A DNA stretch of 64,000 nt, taken from the IMG/VR virus record IMGVR_UViG_2654587972_000002. One strand, written 5' to 3'. The translations under genes and the position numbers were made by a program. The notes below the pieces were generated by a model. It saw only the letters and a program-made list of their open reading frames with translations, did not search any database and had not been told where the DNA came from. Within the stretch, counting starts at the first letter, position 1; every line of letters begins with the position of its first letter. Below, one piece after another: positions 45,811-53,838 of the stretch. Source of the DNA: an uncultured virus (IMG/VR IMGVR_UViG_2654587972_000002). Taxonomy: Duplodnaviria; Heunggongvirae; Uroviricota; Caudoviricetes.

Positions 45811-46026
45811 ATGTTAAAAAATCATTTATCAAAATTAATGGGAGAAAAAAGATACACAATTATTGAAGTTTCAAGAAAAACAGGTTTAACAACTTCAACA
45901 ATTTCTAATCTTTATAATGATAAAGTAAAAAGATTAGATTTTGATACCCTTGAAAAATTATGTAAATTATTTAACTGTCAACCAAATGATTTATTTGAGT
46001 ATATTCCAGATGAAACCCAAGAATAG
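45811..46026 (+). CDS. Cro/C1-type HTH regulator
   Basis: EVSRKTGLTTSTISNL...LEKLCKLFNCQPNDLF. Confidence 0.88.
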   Translation: MLKNHLSKLMGEKRYTIIEVSRKTGLTTSTISNLYNDKVKRLDFDTLEKLCKLFNCQPNDLFEYIPDETQE

Positions 46027-46027
46027 T

Positions 46028-46108
46028 TTAATCTTTCAGTAGTACAGTCCATAAGTTTTTGTGAACTTTGGGGAAAGTTGCTTATGAACCATACTACTTA
46101 AAGATTAA
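46028..46108 (-). repeat. conserved long hairpin element, copy 1
   Basis: ~27-bp stem with three G-U pairs on minus strand; inner AACUUU-CCCC-AAAGUU hairpin. Confidence 0.8.
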
Positions 46109-46149
46109 TTATTTTAATTTAAAAATTATTTGTGAAAGGAGATTCCACT

Positions 46150-46872
46150 ATGGGAGAAAAGAAACAAAAAACATGTTTTATCGTTTGTCCAATTTCAAGT
46201 GAAGGCAGTGATATTAGAAAAAATTCAGATAAACTTCTAAAACATCTTATACAACCTGTTTGCAACAAGTTAGGCTTTGAAGCAATTAGAATTGATAAAC
46301 ATTTTCATAATGAACAAATTACAGACGAAATAATAAAATATCTTGAAGAAGCAGAATTGGTTATTGCTGATACAACAACTAATAATCCAAATTGTTTCTA
46401 TGAAATTGGATATAGAAAAGCTATTTCAAAACCTCTAATACTAATAAGAAGTGTTGGTGAAGATCTTCCTTTTGATATTTCTGGAATAAACTCTCTATCT
46501 TACAACCTTCAAGATTTGGATAATGTTGAGGAGTTTAAAAAGAAATTAGAAGGAAATATATCTATTTTAGATTTTGAAAATTCTTATCCTAAAAATAAAA
46601 CAGATAAAAACTCTGATGAAATCTTAAATAAAATATTTCAATTGTTACTTAGCTTAGAAAATAAATTAGATTTAATTAATACAGAAAATAAAGGTTATAA
46701 TAAGAATATAGCTTCTTTTACTGCTATAATTTCTTCACTTATCCAAAAAGCCAATAATAGCCATCCTAAAACAGAGGAAGAATATGTGTTATCTGTATTC
46801 AAAGAAGCTATTAAGAATCCAGATAACTTTTCTAAAATAATGGCAATGGTAGATGCACCAAACAAGAAATAA
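46150..46872 (+). CDS. nucleoside 2-deoxyribosyltransferase-like domain protein
   Basis: CFIVCPI, LVIADTT.NNPNCFYEIGY, LPFDI. Confidence 0.7.
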   Translation: MGEKKQKTCFIVCPISSEGSDIRKNSDKLLKHLIQPVCNKLGFEAIRIDKHFHNEQITDEIIKYLEEAELVIADTTTNNPNCFYEIGYRKAISKPLILIRSVGEDLPFDISGINSLSYNLQDLDNVEEFKKKLEGNISILDFENSYPKNKTDKNSDEILNKIFQLLLSLENKLDLINTENKGYNKNIASFTAIISSLIQKANNSHPKTEEEYVLSVFKEAIKNPDNFSKIMAMVDAPNKK

Positions 46873-47025
46873 TTATTTCTTGTTTGTACTATCATAAAAG
46901 CCTTTATAGAAAGCTAATTTAATTTCTTTTTCTTGCAACTTATTTTTAAGTTTTTCTATGTCTTTATCGTAGTTTAATCCTTTAACAATTATTGTCCACA
47001 TATATATTTTTTCTTGTATACTCAT
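46873..47025 (-). CDS. small hypothetical protein (50 aa)
   Basis: GAGGT RBS, ATG 47025; MSIQEKIY...KLAFYKGFYDSTNKK. Confidence 0.6.
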   Translation of the reverse strand: MSIQEKIYMWTIIVKGLNYDKDIEKLKNKLQEKEIKLAFYKGFYDSTNKK

Positions 47026-47045
47026 ATTTTTACCTCACTTTGTTA

Positions 47046-47123
47046 TAATCTTTCAACAGTATAGTCCATAAGTTTAATGAACTTTTAGGAAAGTTGCTTA
47101 TGAACTATATTATTCAAAGATTA
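47046..47123 (-). repeat. conserved long hairpin element, copy 2
   Basis: about 85% identical to copy 1 by eye, with stem-preserving changes. Confidence 0.8.
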
Positions 47124-47192
47124 ATTATTATTTTATTTACTTAATCCTTAAGCTCTCCTAAATATAAATAGTTAGTTACGAAAGGAGAATAA

Positions 47193-47639
47193 ATGGAGTT
47201 CCATAATTATTTGATTAATGAAAAATTTTTAAGAGATAAAGAAAAGGAATTATTCTATATAGAATTCCTTAATAATGATGAATACTCTAAATTGGGTATT
47301 GATTATGGTATCAATACTAAAAAAATTTACTTTGTAATAGGTTCTTCAAAAGAGCAATTCTATGAAAATGATAAAACATTACTGACTTTATATCTTCCTC
47401 TAAATGTAAAAGAAGATGGTAAAGATTTAAATATTGAATTAAATTTAATGAACTTCTTAAAAAGATGGTATTATGAAAAAAATGATATAATACCTAGATT
47501 AGAGTTAACTAATACTAAAATTAATTATAAAAATAATATTTTCAATTCACTATTTCCTTTAACAAAAGAAAACTTTTTCTATGAAGGAATAGAAGATAAC
47601 TCGGCTATATTCAGAATTTTAATAAATCATAAATTTTAG
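47193..47639 (+). CDS. hypothetical cargo protein flanked by 14-bp inverted repeats
   Basis: AAGGAG RBS; AAATAGTTAGTTAC at 47166 and its reverse complement at 47656. Confidence 0.65.
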   Translation: MEFHNYLINEKFLRDKEKELFYIEFLNNDEYSKLGIDYGINTKKIYFVIGSSKEQFYENDKTLLTLYLPLNVKEDGKDLNIELNLMNFLKRWYYEKNDIIPRLELTNTKINYKNNIFNSLFPLTKENFFYEGIEDNSAIFRILINHKF

Positions 47640-47709
47640 TATAAAAAATTTAATTGTAACTAACTATTTTTTCAATAAACAATAAAAATATTTAAAGAAG
47701 GTGTTTTTT

Positions 47710-48120
47710 ATGAAAATGGATCCTGATTGCATTAGAGATATACTACTTCAAACAGAAGAAAGATTTGTTATTATTCCTTTGCCTCGTTTAAATTTTGATA
47801 CCTGTAAAATGGAAGATCCAGAACCTTTACCAAAAGAGAAGTATCCATATATTTATCAATATGATATGAAAAAAATAATTTATCATGTTGAACTAGCTGC
47901 TGAAATGGATTTTATAAAACTTAATGATCTAAAAGATATTTATAAAATTGAGGATTTAACAGCACAAGGACATTTACTTCTTGCTGACATCAGAAATGAA
48001 GATGTTTGGAGTAAAACCAAAGATATTGCTAAAAAAACTGGAATATCTTCACTTGATGCTTTAAAACAAATAGCAGTTAATGTTGTTTCATCAATGATTA
48101 CTAATTATTTTCAAAGATGA
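47710..48120 (+). CDS. DUF2513-like protein
   Basis: MKMDPDCIRDILL...LTAQGHLLLADIR..VWSKTK. Confidence 0.75.
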   Translation: MKMDPDCIRDILLQTEERFVIIPLPRLNFDTCKMEDPEPLPKEKYPYIYQYDMKKIIYHVELAAEMDFIKLNDLKDIYKIEDLTAQGHLLLADIRNEDVWSKTKDIAKKTGISSLDALKQIAVNVVSSMITNYFQR

Positions 48121-48330
48121 GATACGACCAATATCTAAAATTAAATGTTCTTCTATTTTTCCATTTTCATTTAATTGATAGTCTATTTTAAAACTTTGAA
48201 TTCCCACTATCTTTTGTCCATTAATCTCAATAGAAGGAACTGAATGTGTTCTTTCCACTGAGATTTTTATATCATTAGTAGGAATTTCATTGTTCTTTTT
48301 TAGCTTTAAAAATTTATTTTTTTTCTTCAT
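48091..48330 (-). CDS. hypothetical protein
   Basis: GAGGTGA RBS. Confidence 0.6.
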   Translation of the reverse strand: MKKKNKFLKLKKNNEIPTNDIKISVERTHSVPSIEINGQKIVGIQSFKIDYQLNENGKIEEHLILDIGRISSLKIISNH

Positions 48331-48349
48331 TTTCTCACCTCATTTATTT

Positions 48350-48437
48350 TTAATTTCTCAATAGTATAGTTCATAAACTTCAAAAAAATGAGGGGTAGGG
48401 AAAAATAAATCTATGAACTATACAATTCAAAAATTAA
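48350..48437 (-). repeat. conserved long hairpin element, copy 3 (different loop)
   Basis: same outer stem GTATAGTTCATA/TATGAACTATAC; C-rich loop on minus strand. Confidence 0.75.
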
Positions 48438-48450
48438 TTACTTATTTTTA

Positions 48451-48475
48451 ATGGCTCGTAGAATTTACGAGCCAT
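48451..48475. terminator. perfect 10-bp hairpin
   Basis: ATGGCTCGTA-GAATT-TACGAGCCAT. Confidence 0.5.
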
Positions 48476-48480
48476 ATTTC

Positions 48481-48702
48481 TTATTTTTTTTCTTTGCAAT
48501 AGAGGAAACCTATTTCTAAAAATTCATTCTTTGAAACTTCAACTGCTTTGTTAAAAAGAGTTTCTAATTCCTGTTTTTCTTCAATAGAAATATTTAGACT
48601 ATCTACTAATTTTTTAAATTTTTCATCAAATTCCCCTACTTTTGATTTAAATAGTCCTTTTGTTTCCAGCTCTTCCAAAAAATTAATAAGATTAACATTC
48701 AT
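48481..48702 (-). CDS. first gene of leftward operon, hypothetical
   Basis: GGGAGG RBS; divergent from repressor. Confidence 0.65.
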   Translation of the reverse strand: MNVNLINFLEELETKGLFKSKVGEFDEKFKKLVDSLNISIEEKQELETLFNKAVEVSKNEFLEIGFLYCKEKK

Positions 48703-48925
48703 ACAGTTTCCTCCCTTATAATAAAATAAATATAGTTAGTAATTTTAATTAATTTTATTAATTTTTTAAAACAAATAAATTAAAATATTAAATTTTATAA
48801 ACTATTTACTTAATACTATAATATAAAATTAAAAGTTGTCAAGTATTTTTTTTAGTGATATACTAAGTTATTAAAATAAAGTTATTAGTTAATTATTTAA
48901 TCCAACTAAAAAGAAAGGAGTTAGG

Positions 48926-49390
48926 ATGAGAACAACTAGTGAAATTTTAAAAGAATTTAGAAAAAGTAGAGAAATGACTGCTGCAATGATGGCTGAAAAA
49001 TTAGGAATATCGGCTGTAACTATGTCTGCTATAGATGTTGGTAGGAAAAAGCTCTCTGAACAAATGCTTGATAAACTTGAAACTATGTTACCTAAAGATG
49101 ACTTTATAGATTTATTGAAATCTGAAAGAGAAATGAACCTACCTTCTTTTTTACAAAAAAAATTTGAAAAATATGGTATTCAATCAGAAGCAATAACAGA
49201 TACTACAAACATTTCAGAGGTATCAGAAGAGGGGAAAAGAAAGATCTATGATTTTATAGAGCTTGTAAAAACTGCTGAAAGAGCAAGAAATAATAGAGAA
49301 ACTGTTAATATCACAAACCTATCTACTGAAAATAAAGAAAAAGCAAGAGAATATATAGAATTATTAGAAATTAAACAAGAACAAAAATAA
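48926..49390 (+). CDS. XRE-family HTH repressor
   Basis: LKEFRKSREMTAAMMAEKLGISAVTMSAIDVGRKK. Confidence 0.8.
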   Translation: MRTTSEILKEFRKSREMTAAMMAEKLGISAVTMSAIDVGRKKLSEQMLDKLETMLPKDDFIDLLKSEREMNLPSFLQKKFEKYGIQSEAITDTTNISEVSEEGKRKIYDFIELVKTAERARNNRETVNITNLSTENKEKAREYIELLEIKQEQK

Positions 49391-49496
49391 ATTTTTCAGA
49401 AGTACTTGGAGCAGCTCTTAGTGGTCTAGATAAATTATTTGAAGATGAAGAAACTGAAAATAATTCTAATTAATTTTTAAAATATTTATACTTGTA

Positions 49497-49530
49497 TAAA
49501 ATAGGACTTTTTAAAGAGGTCCTATTTTTT
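49497..49530 (+). terminator. terminator after repressor
   Basis: AAAATAGGACTT/AGGTCCTATTTT. Confidence 0.7.
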
Positions 49531-49634
49531 ATTTAAAAAATTTTCTTGACTTTTAAAAAAAATAAGTTATCATTATAAATGAATTAGTTTAATAAATTTA
49601 AGTAATAAATTTAATTTTTAAAAGGAGCTTTTTT

Positions 49635-49859
49635 ATGAATGCTTATGATCCTTACAGGTATTACATAAAAATAAGAGATGGAACTATAATTATAGATGGG
49701 AAAGAATGTCCTAATATTATTGGAAAGTACTGTTTCTATAATAAAAATACTTTTAAAAAAAGTCTCAAAGAACTTTCTGAAAAATATAGAGAAGATCAAA
49801 TAACTACATACCAAAATATTAGAGGCAGGTGGTATGAATGTCCAAAACCAAATATTTAA
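49635..49859 (+). CDS. hypothetical protein
   Basis: AAGGAG RBS; upstream TTGACT promoter candidate. Confidence 0.6.
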   Translation: MNAYDPYRYYIKIRDGTIIIDGKECPNIIGKYCFYNKNTFKKSLKELSEKYREDQITTYQNIRGRWYECPKPNI

Positions 49860-50029
49860 ACAATAAAGAAATTGGTCGTAGTTATTGTAGCTGTGGAAAT
49901 TATTTATATTCAGATACTGAAAAAAGAATAAAAGTTGCTAGTAGAAATCAAGTTACTTATTATTTTGAAGAAAAGTGTTTAGAAATAAATTGCTCACATT
50001 GCAATAAAAGTACCAAAGTGAAGTTGTAA
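49838..50029 (+). CDS. small zinc-finger protein (Com-like)
   Basis: CSCG...INCSHC. Confidence 0.55.
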   Translation: MSKTKYLNNKEIGRSYCSCGNYLYSDTEKRIKVASRNQVTYYFEEKCLEINCSHCNKSTKVKL

Positions 50030-50030
50030 A

Positions 50031-51119
50031 ATGTATGGATTAGATAGAGCTTGTATCTCTGTTGATGTTGAAACTGATATTTTGTATGTAAGGGAAAAGA
50101 TAAAAAAAATTTTTCCACATTCTTTTTCAGAGAGTCTTTCTAATAGTATGAATAGTTATAAAATTGATAAGAAAAATATTAATTTTATAAAATTAGAAGA
50201 AAAAAAACTTAAAAAAATAACAACTATTAAAATTGACTTTTCCTATCCTAGGTTTTTTGAAGAAGATAATATTTATCCACTAGATAATGAAATTCAAAAA
50301 ATTATGGTGGAGACAGACTTATTATTATTAATTAATAAACTAACAGATTATGAAATTAAAATAAGTGAATTGAAATATGATTATTTTGAATTTACAACAC
50401 AAGAAGCTATAGGAAATTTTCATAAGTTTCATAACATTATAAGTCACTTTTATCGTGGACTTACTAGAAAATTTGAAGATTTAGATAAAACACAATATTA
50501 TAATTTTAATCCAACTGATAACAAATTCTTTACAACAGGATTTATTTTTCAACCATTTCCTGGGTGGAAAATAAGACTTTACAGTAAAGGACATGAAAAC
50601 AATAAAAAAAAGAACACTAGAAAAGTAAGGGGAGCAATTCTCCGAGTAGAACACAGACTGAGTAAAAAGATTATAAAAGATTTTTTTAAATTAAATTCAA
50701 TAGAATACATATCAATACAAGAAATTAAAGATTGTATACAAAAAACAATATCAAAAACTCTTGCTGATATAATTATTGCAGAGTTAGAAAATTCTATAAA
50801 TATTTTAAAAAATAATTTTAAAAATTTTAAATGTAGAGAATTAGATTCCATTGTAAGGGATAATCTCGAATGGATATTTGATTATAAAATACTAGATGAT
50901 ATTGTTACCCAATTTTCTGACAAATCCTATCGTAGGGTTGTCTTTTATCGAAAAAAGATAAAAGATATATTAATTACTTCACAAGGCAGAGCATCTCCAA
51001 AGAGAGATTATTTTTCTAATATAGAAAGGCTCGAACTTTTCTTCAACAATCTTATTCTTTTCAATTGCAAAGTTAAATGTAACACAAAAAAGCATTTAAA
51101 AATTTTTTGCACTAATTAG
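50031..51119 (+). CDS. hypothetical protein with Rep_trans/CRI-like motifs
   Basis: GLD near N-terminus; IRLYSKGHE...ILRVEHRL. Confidence 0.45.
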   Translation: MYGLDRACISVDVETDILYVREKIKKIFPHSFSESLSNSMNSYKIDKKNINFIKLEEKKLKKITTIKIDFSYPRFFEEDNIYPLDNEIQKIMVETDLLLLINKLTDYEIKISELKYDYFEFTTQEAIGNFHKFHNIISHFYRGLTRKFEDLDKTQYYNFNPTDNKFFTTGFIFQPFPGWKIRLYSKGHENNKKKNTRKVRGAILRVEHRLSKKIIKDFFKLNSIEYISIQEIKDCIQKTISKTLADIIIAELENSINILKNNFKNFKCRELDSIVRDNLEWIFDYKILDDIVTQFSDKSYRRVVFYRKKIKDILITSQGRASPKRDYFSNIERLELFFNNLILFNCKVKCNTKKHLKIFCTN

Positions 51120-51296
51120 GATGAAAAAACGTCCTATTTTCACTCTTAAAAAAAATATTTTCCTTTTGTTTTCAATGCTTTTATAACTTTTTCTCGCGTG
51201 ATAACAATGTGTAGCACTGCATTCCTAAAACTGAAAATATTACTATTTGCTTTTAATATGCAGTAAGAAAAAACAAAAAAGAACCAGGAGAGAGCT

Positions 51297-52613
51297 ATGA
51301 ATGAAATAATTGAATTAAGTTTACTTAAAGAAGTAGCAAATAATCCAAGAGTTATAACTACTGAACAAGTAGAAATATATAAAAATATTCTTCAAAGATT
51401 TGGAAACATTATTCCAGTTATTATTGATGAGGATAACTATGTTGTAAGTGATTATGCAAAGATAAAAGCTGCAACAGAACTAGGAATAAAAGAAATTAAT
51501 TGTATCAGAATTAACAATCTTTCAGAAAATGAAGTTCAAACAATAAGAATAGCAGAAACAAGAGCAATAGAACTTGGGAAATGGGATTACCAAAAATTAT
51601 TTGATGAACTTTCAAAAATTGGAGAAGATTTTAAACTGACAGGTTTTGATTTAGATGAAATACTAGAGCAATTGCCAGCAGAAGCACTTGATATTAATGG
51701 AATTGATGAAATAGATGTTCCTGGACTTCAAGAAGAAACTTTTACAAAACAACAAGATATTTGGTTACTTGGAAATCATCGTTTAATGTGTGGAGATTCT
51801 ACAAAATTGGAAGATGTTAAAAAATTAGTAAACAATGAAGTTATTGATTTATTAGTAACTGACCCACCATACAATGTTGATTATCAAGCAGCAAATGGAC
51901 AAAAAATAAAAAATGACAATATGAATAGTGAAAACTTTTATAGCTTTTTATTAGCTTTTTACAAAAATGCTTATGAAGTGATGAGAGCAGGAGCAGGATT
52001 TTATATATTTCATGCAGACTCTGAAACAAAAGCATTTCGTGGAGCATTAGCAGATGCTGGTTTTAAAATTTCTCAATGTCTGATTTGGGTTAAAAATCAG
52101 TTTATACTTTCTAGGCAAGATTACAATTGGAAGCATGAGCCTTGTCTTTATGGTTGGAAAGAGGGAGTAAAACACTTTTTTATAAGAAATTTTACTCAGG
52201 ATACAATCCAAGAAATTTACTCAAAAACCGAAAATATGTCAAAGAAAGAATTACAGGAAACTTTAAAAAATATTTTAGAAGAGTATACAACAATTATTAG
52301 AGAGAACAAGCCTTTAAAAAATGATATTCATCCAACAATGAAACCAATAAGGCTTATATCAAAACTAATACATAATTCAAGCAAAGAAAATTGGAATGTT
52401 TTAGATTTATTTGGTGGCTCTGGAAGTACACTAATAGCTGCTGAACAGCTAAAAAGAAAAGCGTTTTTAATGGAATTTGATGAAAAGTATGCTGATGTAA
52501 TTGTTAAAAGATATTCTGAAATGGGCAAAGAAGATATAAAACTTTTAAGAAATGGAAAAACTTATAACTGGAATCAAATTAAAAGTGAACTCTATGCTGG
52601 TGATGTAACATGA
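51297..52613 (+). CDS. ParB-N-domain DNA methyltransferase (N6/N4)
   Basis: TDPPYNV, HPTMKP, VLDLFGGSGSTL. Confidence 0.9.
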   Translation: MNEIIELSLLKEVANNPRVITTEQVEIYKNILQRFGNIIPVIIDEDNYVVSDYAKIKAATELGIKEINCIRINNLSENEVQTIRIAETRAIELGKWDYQKLFDELSKIGEDFKLTGFDLDEILEQLPAEALDINGIDEIDVPGLQEETFTKQQDIWLLGNHRLMCGDSTKLEDVKKLVNNEVIDLLVTDPPYNVDYQAANGQKIKNDNMNSENFYSFLLAFYKNAYEVMRAGAGFYIFHADSETKAFRGALADAGFKISQCLIWVKNQFILSRQDYNWKHEPCLYGWKEGVKHFFIRNFTQDTIQEIYSKTENMSKKELQETLKNILEEYTTIIRENKPLKNDIHPTMKPIRLISKLIHNSSKENWNVLDLFGGSGSTLIAAEQLKRKAFLMEFDEKYADVIVKRYSEMGKEDIKLLRNGKTYNWNQIKSELYAGDVT

Positions 52614-53281
52614 AAAAAGAAACATTTTCAAATGAACAACTAACTGTATTGGAGATTTATATTGAACTTGAATTAACTAAGTTTAGCAACAAAAAGAAAG
52701 ATTTATATTCTGAAATTCAAAAAAGAACCAAACATAATCTAAATACAATTACAAGTTGGATTAGAAGATATTTAGAAAAATATAAGAAAATCAGAGAAGA
52801 ACTTCAAGAAGAAAAAAATGCAAGGATATGCAACTTTGAGGGGTTGACAGAAAAGCAATCAAAATACATTATGTTTAGAATGTGTGGATTTGGGAAAAAA
52901 GAAGCAAAAACAAAAGCAGGATATAGTGAGAAGACAAAAGTTGCTAATATTGAAAAAAATCCAAAAGTTGCTAACAAATTAATAGAATTAAGAGAAGATT
53001 TATTCAGTGATGTAAGATACGGAGTAATGGCTAATCTTAATGCTTTAGCAACAATCAGAGAAAGAGGAATTAATGGAGTTGATGTTGTAGAGTACACAGA
53101 TGCCTCAACACCTGATGGACACGAGATAACTAAGACTGTTACTAAGCAGTATCAATATGTAGCAGCAGTAGCTGCAGCCAAGACTATCAATGACATACTT
53201 GGCTATAAGGTTAGCGATGAGTTGAAGATAGAAGAAGCAAAGAAAAAAGAAAAAGAAGGTCAGCTTGTTCTTATAGAATAA
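52610..53281 (+). CDS. terminase-small-subunit-like HTH protein
   Basis: GLTEKQ...EAKTKAGYSEKT...NPKV motif. Confidence 0.6.
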   Translation: MKKETFSNEQLTVLEIYIELELTKFSNKKKDLYSEIQKRTKHNLNTITSWIRRYLEKYKKIREELQEEKNARICNFEGLTEKQSKYIMFRMCGFGKKEAKTKAGYSEKTKVANIEKNPKVANKLIELREDLFSDVRYGVMANLNALATIRERGINGVDVVEYTDASTPDGHEITKTVTKQYQYVAAVAAAKTINDILGYKVSDELKIEEAKKKEKEGQLVLIE

Positions 53282-53394
53282 GGTACTGTCAGAGAAAAAG
53301 TTAGTTAGAGGGTCCAAGAGGCTCAAACTCTGTCAAATTTTGAAAAATTTTCAACCTTGCCAAAAATATTTTGACATACATGAAAGGAGAAAAA

Positions 53395-53838
53395 ATGCAG
53401 GAGATATTAGCAACTGAAAATAGATTGGCTAAAATCTTTCAATTTTCAGAAAGAAAAGTTAGAGAGTATTTTAAAGCTGCAAGAGTATCACCTGGAAAAT
53501 ATAATTTTATCCAAGCAGTTGAAATATTTGTTGAGAAAAATTCTGGAAAAGATGAAGCAGCTGAATTAAAAAGAGCTGAAAAAGATTTAAAGGAATTTAA
53601 GTTAAAAATCTTAAAAAAAGAGTATCACTCTGAAAAAGATGTAGTAAGAATTGTGTCTGATATGAATTATAGGATTAAATCTAAATTGATAACAATTCCT
53701 AAAAAAGTAAGTATTTTAATTTTAAATAAAAGCAATCAACTAGAAATTGAAAAAATTTTGAAAGATGAAATAAATAGTGCTTTGGAAGAATTAACTGAAT
53801 ATAGTTATCAAGAAGAGATAGGAGAAGTAGATGGTTAG
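53395..53838 (+). CDS. terminase small subunit (Nu1-like)
   Basis: LAKIFQFSERKV wHTH; overlaps large terminase. Confidence 0.75.
   Translation: MQEILATENRLAKIFQFSERKVREYFKAARVSPGKYNFIQAVEIFVEKNSGKDEAAELKRAEKDLKEFKLKILKKEYHSEKDVVRIVSDMNYRIKSKLITIPKKVSILILNKSNQLEIEKILKDEINSALEELTEYSYQEEIGEVDG

Noticed and set aside
46028..48437. Hairpins as classical integron attC sites
   Set aside because: No clear RYYYAAC/GTTRRRY ends or IntI nearby; G-U bias favours RNA structure
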